Sequence record: PP582757.1
Length of the DNA stretch: 64,000 bases
Origin: Klebsiella phage vB_KM5a1-KLB31
Strand: one strand, 5' to 3'
Shown here one piece after another: positions 63,134-64,000 of the stretch; the stretch's first letter is position 1, and the number at the start of each line of letters is the position of its first letter. A program made the translations under genes and the position numbers. The notes beneath the pieces are model-generated. The model saw only the letters and a program-made list of their open reading frames with translations. It ran no database searches and was not told the DNA's origin.

Positions 63134-64000
63134 CTACCCTTCAATAAACTTAGGTGGAGTGTCATCTGGGTCAATAAAGGACGCTAATAGACCAAGTGCT
63201 TCGCGTTTAGCTGCGGCATCATAACCAGAAGAACTAAATGAAGCAAAGCTTACAGGAGCATCCGAATCATCAGTACTGTCCATTGTTACCAGTTCACCAC
63301 TTTCTAGAAGAGCATCGCCATCATAGACTACCATGGATTCGTTCAGAGCATCAGAAGTCATGACTTCCGCCTGGATGAATTTCTGGTTATTGTATTCCAT
63401 GCCATCATTATAAGAAGCATCAGTGATTTTGTTAATCTGGACCATAGTACCACGCGGGAGAATGATTTCCATTTCACCGCCCATATTACTGATATCGCCA
63501 GGATAAACAACGTTAATCTTCTCTGCACCACTAATAGCCCAACCTACCATCATACGAACAACTTCTTCGCCTTTCAACTCGACAACATCAGCCATGATAG
63601 ATGGGACAATAGCTTCTTCGTCATTCTTATCAATGTTAAGAACATTACGAGTATTATCTGACGCCATACCAACGCCAAGATTACCTTTCCAACCACCAAA
63701 GATAATAGGCATCAAAGAAGTTGAAACAAAGTTCCTGAAATAGAATACACGGTTTTTAACCATTGCTTCGTAAATAGGCTTACGAATCGACTGTGCACGC
63801 CATAAGGTAAGACCTTCAGGAATACGATCACCTTTCTTAAATGCATCATCAAGGTTTTTAATAGCAGTGGTTACTTCTTTTTCATTTAATGTATCTTGAG
63901 TAGCATCAGAGAAACGACCTAAGAGCATGTTATTGATGTCATGATAACCAGAGCCGCAATATTCTTTAATACCACGTTTTTCAGCCGGAGTATATTGCTT
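63134..64000 (-). CDS. alt: Alt-like ADP-ribosyltransferase, C-terminal portion (ORF continues beyond window end)
   Basis: R-S-EXE ART signature: LWRAQ (Arg), FVSTSL (STS), GGEMEII (ExE). Position after gene 54 as in T4. No stop upstream of the Met at 63928, so the ORF is open to the window edge. Confidence 0.6.
   Translation of the reverse strand, partial: KQYTPAEKRGIKEYCGSGYHDINNMLLGRFSDATQDTLNEKEVTTAIKNLDDAFKKGDRIPEGLTLWRAQSIRKPIYEAMVKNRVFYFRNFVSTSLMPIIFGGWKGNLGVGMASDNTRNVLNIDKNDEEAIVPSIMADVVELKGEEVVRMMVGWAISGAEKINVVYPGDISNMGGEMEIILPRGTMVQINKITDASYNDGMEYNNQKFIQAEVMTSDALNESMVVYDGDALLESGELVTMDSTDDSDAPVSFASFSSSGYDAAAKREALGLLASFIDPDDTPPKFIEG

Overview
This window is a 64 kb segment of a T4-like (Tevenvirinae-type) myovirus genome. 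All gene identifications rest on recognising the translated sequences against T4 proteins from memory; no database search was run.

The left ~16 kb is an early/accessory region on the minus strand. It holds internal-protein (ip) genes that carry the capsid-targeting sequence MKTY[QND]EF[LI][AT]ES, plus denV, e (lysozyme) and nudE. About 8 kb of small unknown genes follow; these include a five-member tandem paralog family, membrane proteins and lipoproteins, and a small outer-membrane protein carrying a YadA-like anchor domain. Next comes a tRNA cluster (Trp, His, Asn, Lys, Leu) with an embedded GIY-YIG seg-like homing endonuclease and several structured non-coding stretches. The region ends with an ipI-like gene, 57B (Acb1-like 2H phosphoesterase), 57A, gene 1 and genes 3, 2 and 4.

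The right ~45 kb is the canonical T4 late structural module in conserved order. It runs 53, 5, 5.1, 5.4, 6, 7, 8, 9, 10, 11, 12, wac, 13, 14, 15, 16, 17, 18, 19, 20, 67, 68, 21, 22, 23, 24. It is followed by rnlB, hoc, inh, uvsW/uvsW.1, uvsY, 25, 26, 51, 27, 28, 29, 48, 54 and the C-terminal part of an Alt-like ADP-ribosyltransferase.

Regulatory grammar is readable by eye. There are at least nine T4-type early promoters (GTTTAC-N17/18-TAtnaT) on the minus strand. Perfect TATAAATA late promoters sit in front of many late genes, several of them divergent pairs. GC-hairpin/T-run terminators are frequent, and several are bidirectional.

No CRISPR array, transposon or prophage boundary is apparent. 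The single clearly mobile gene is the seg-like endonuclease. The most novel-looking content is in the nudE–tRNA hyperplastic region and the non-coding RNA-like stretches around the tRNAs.
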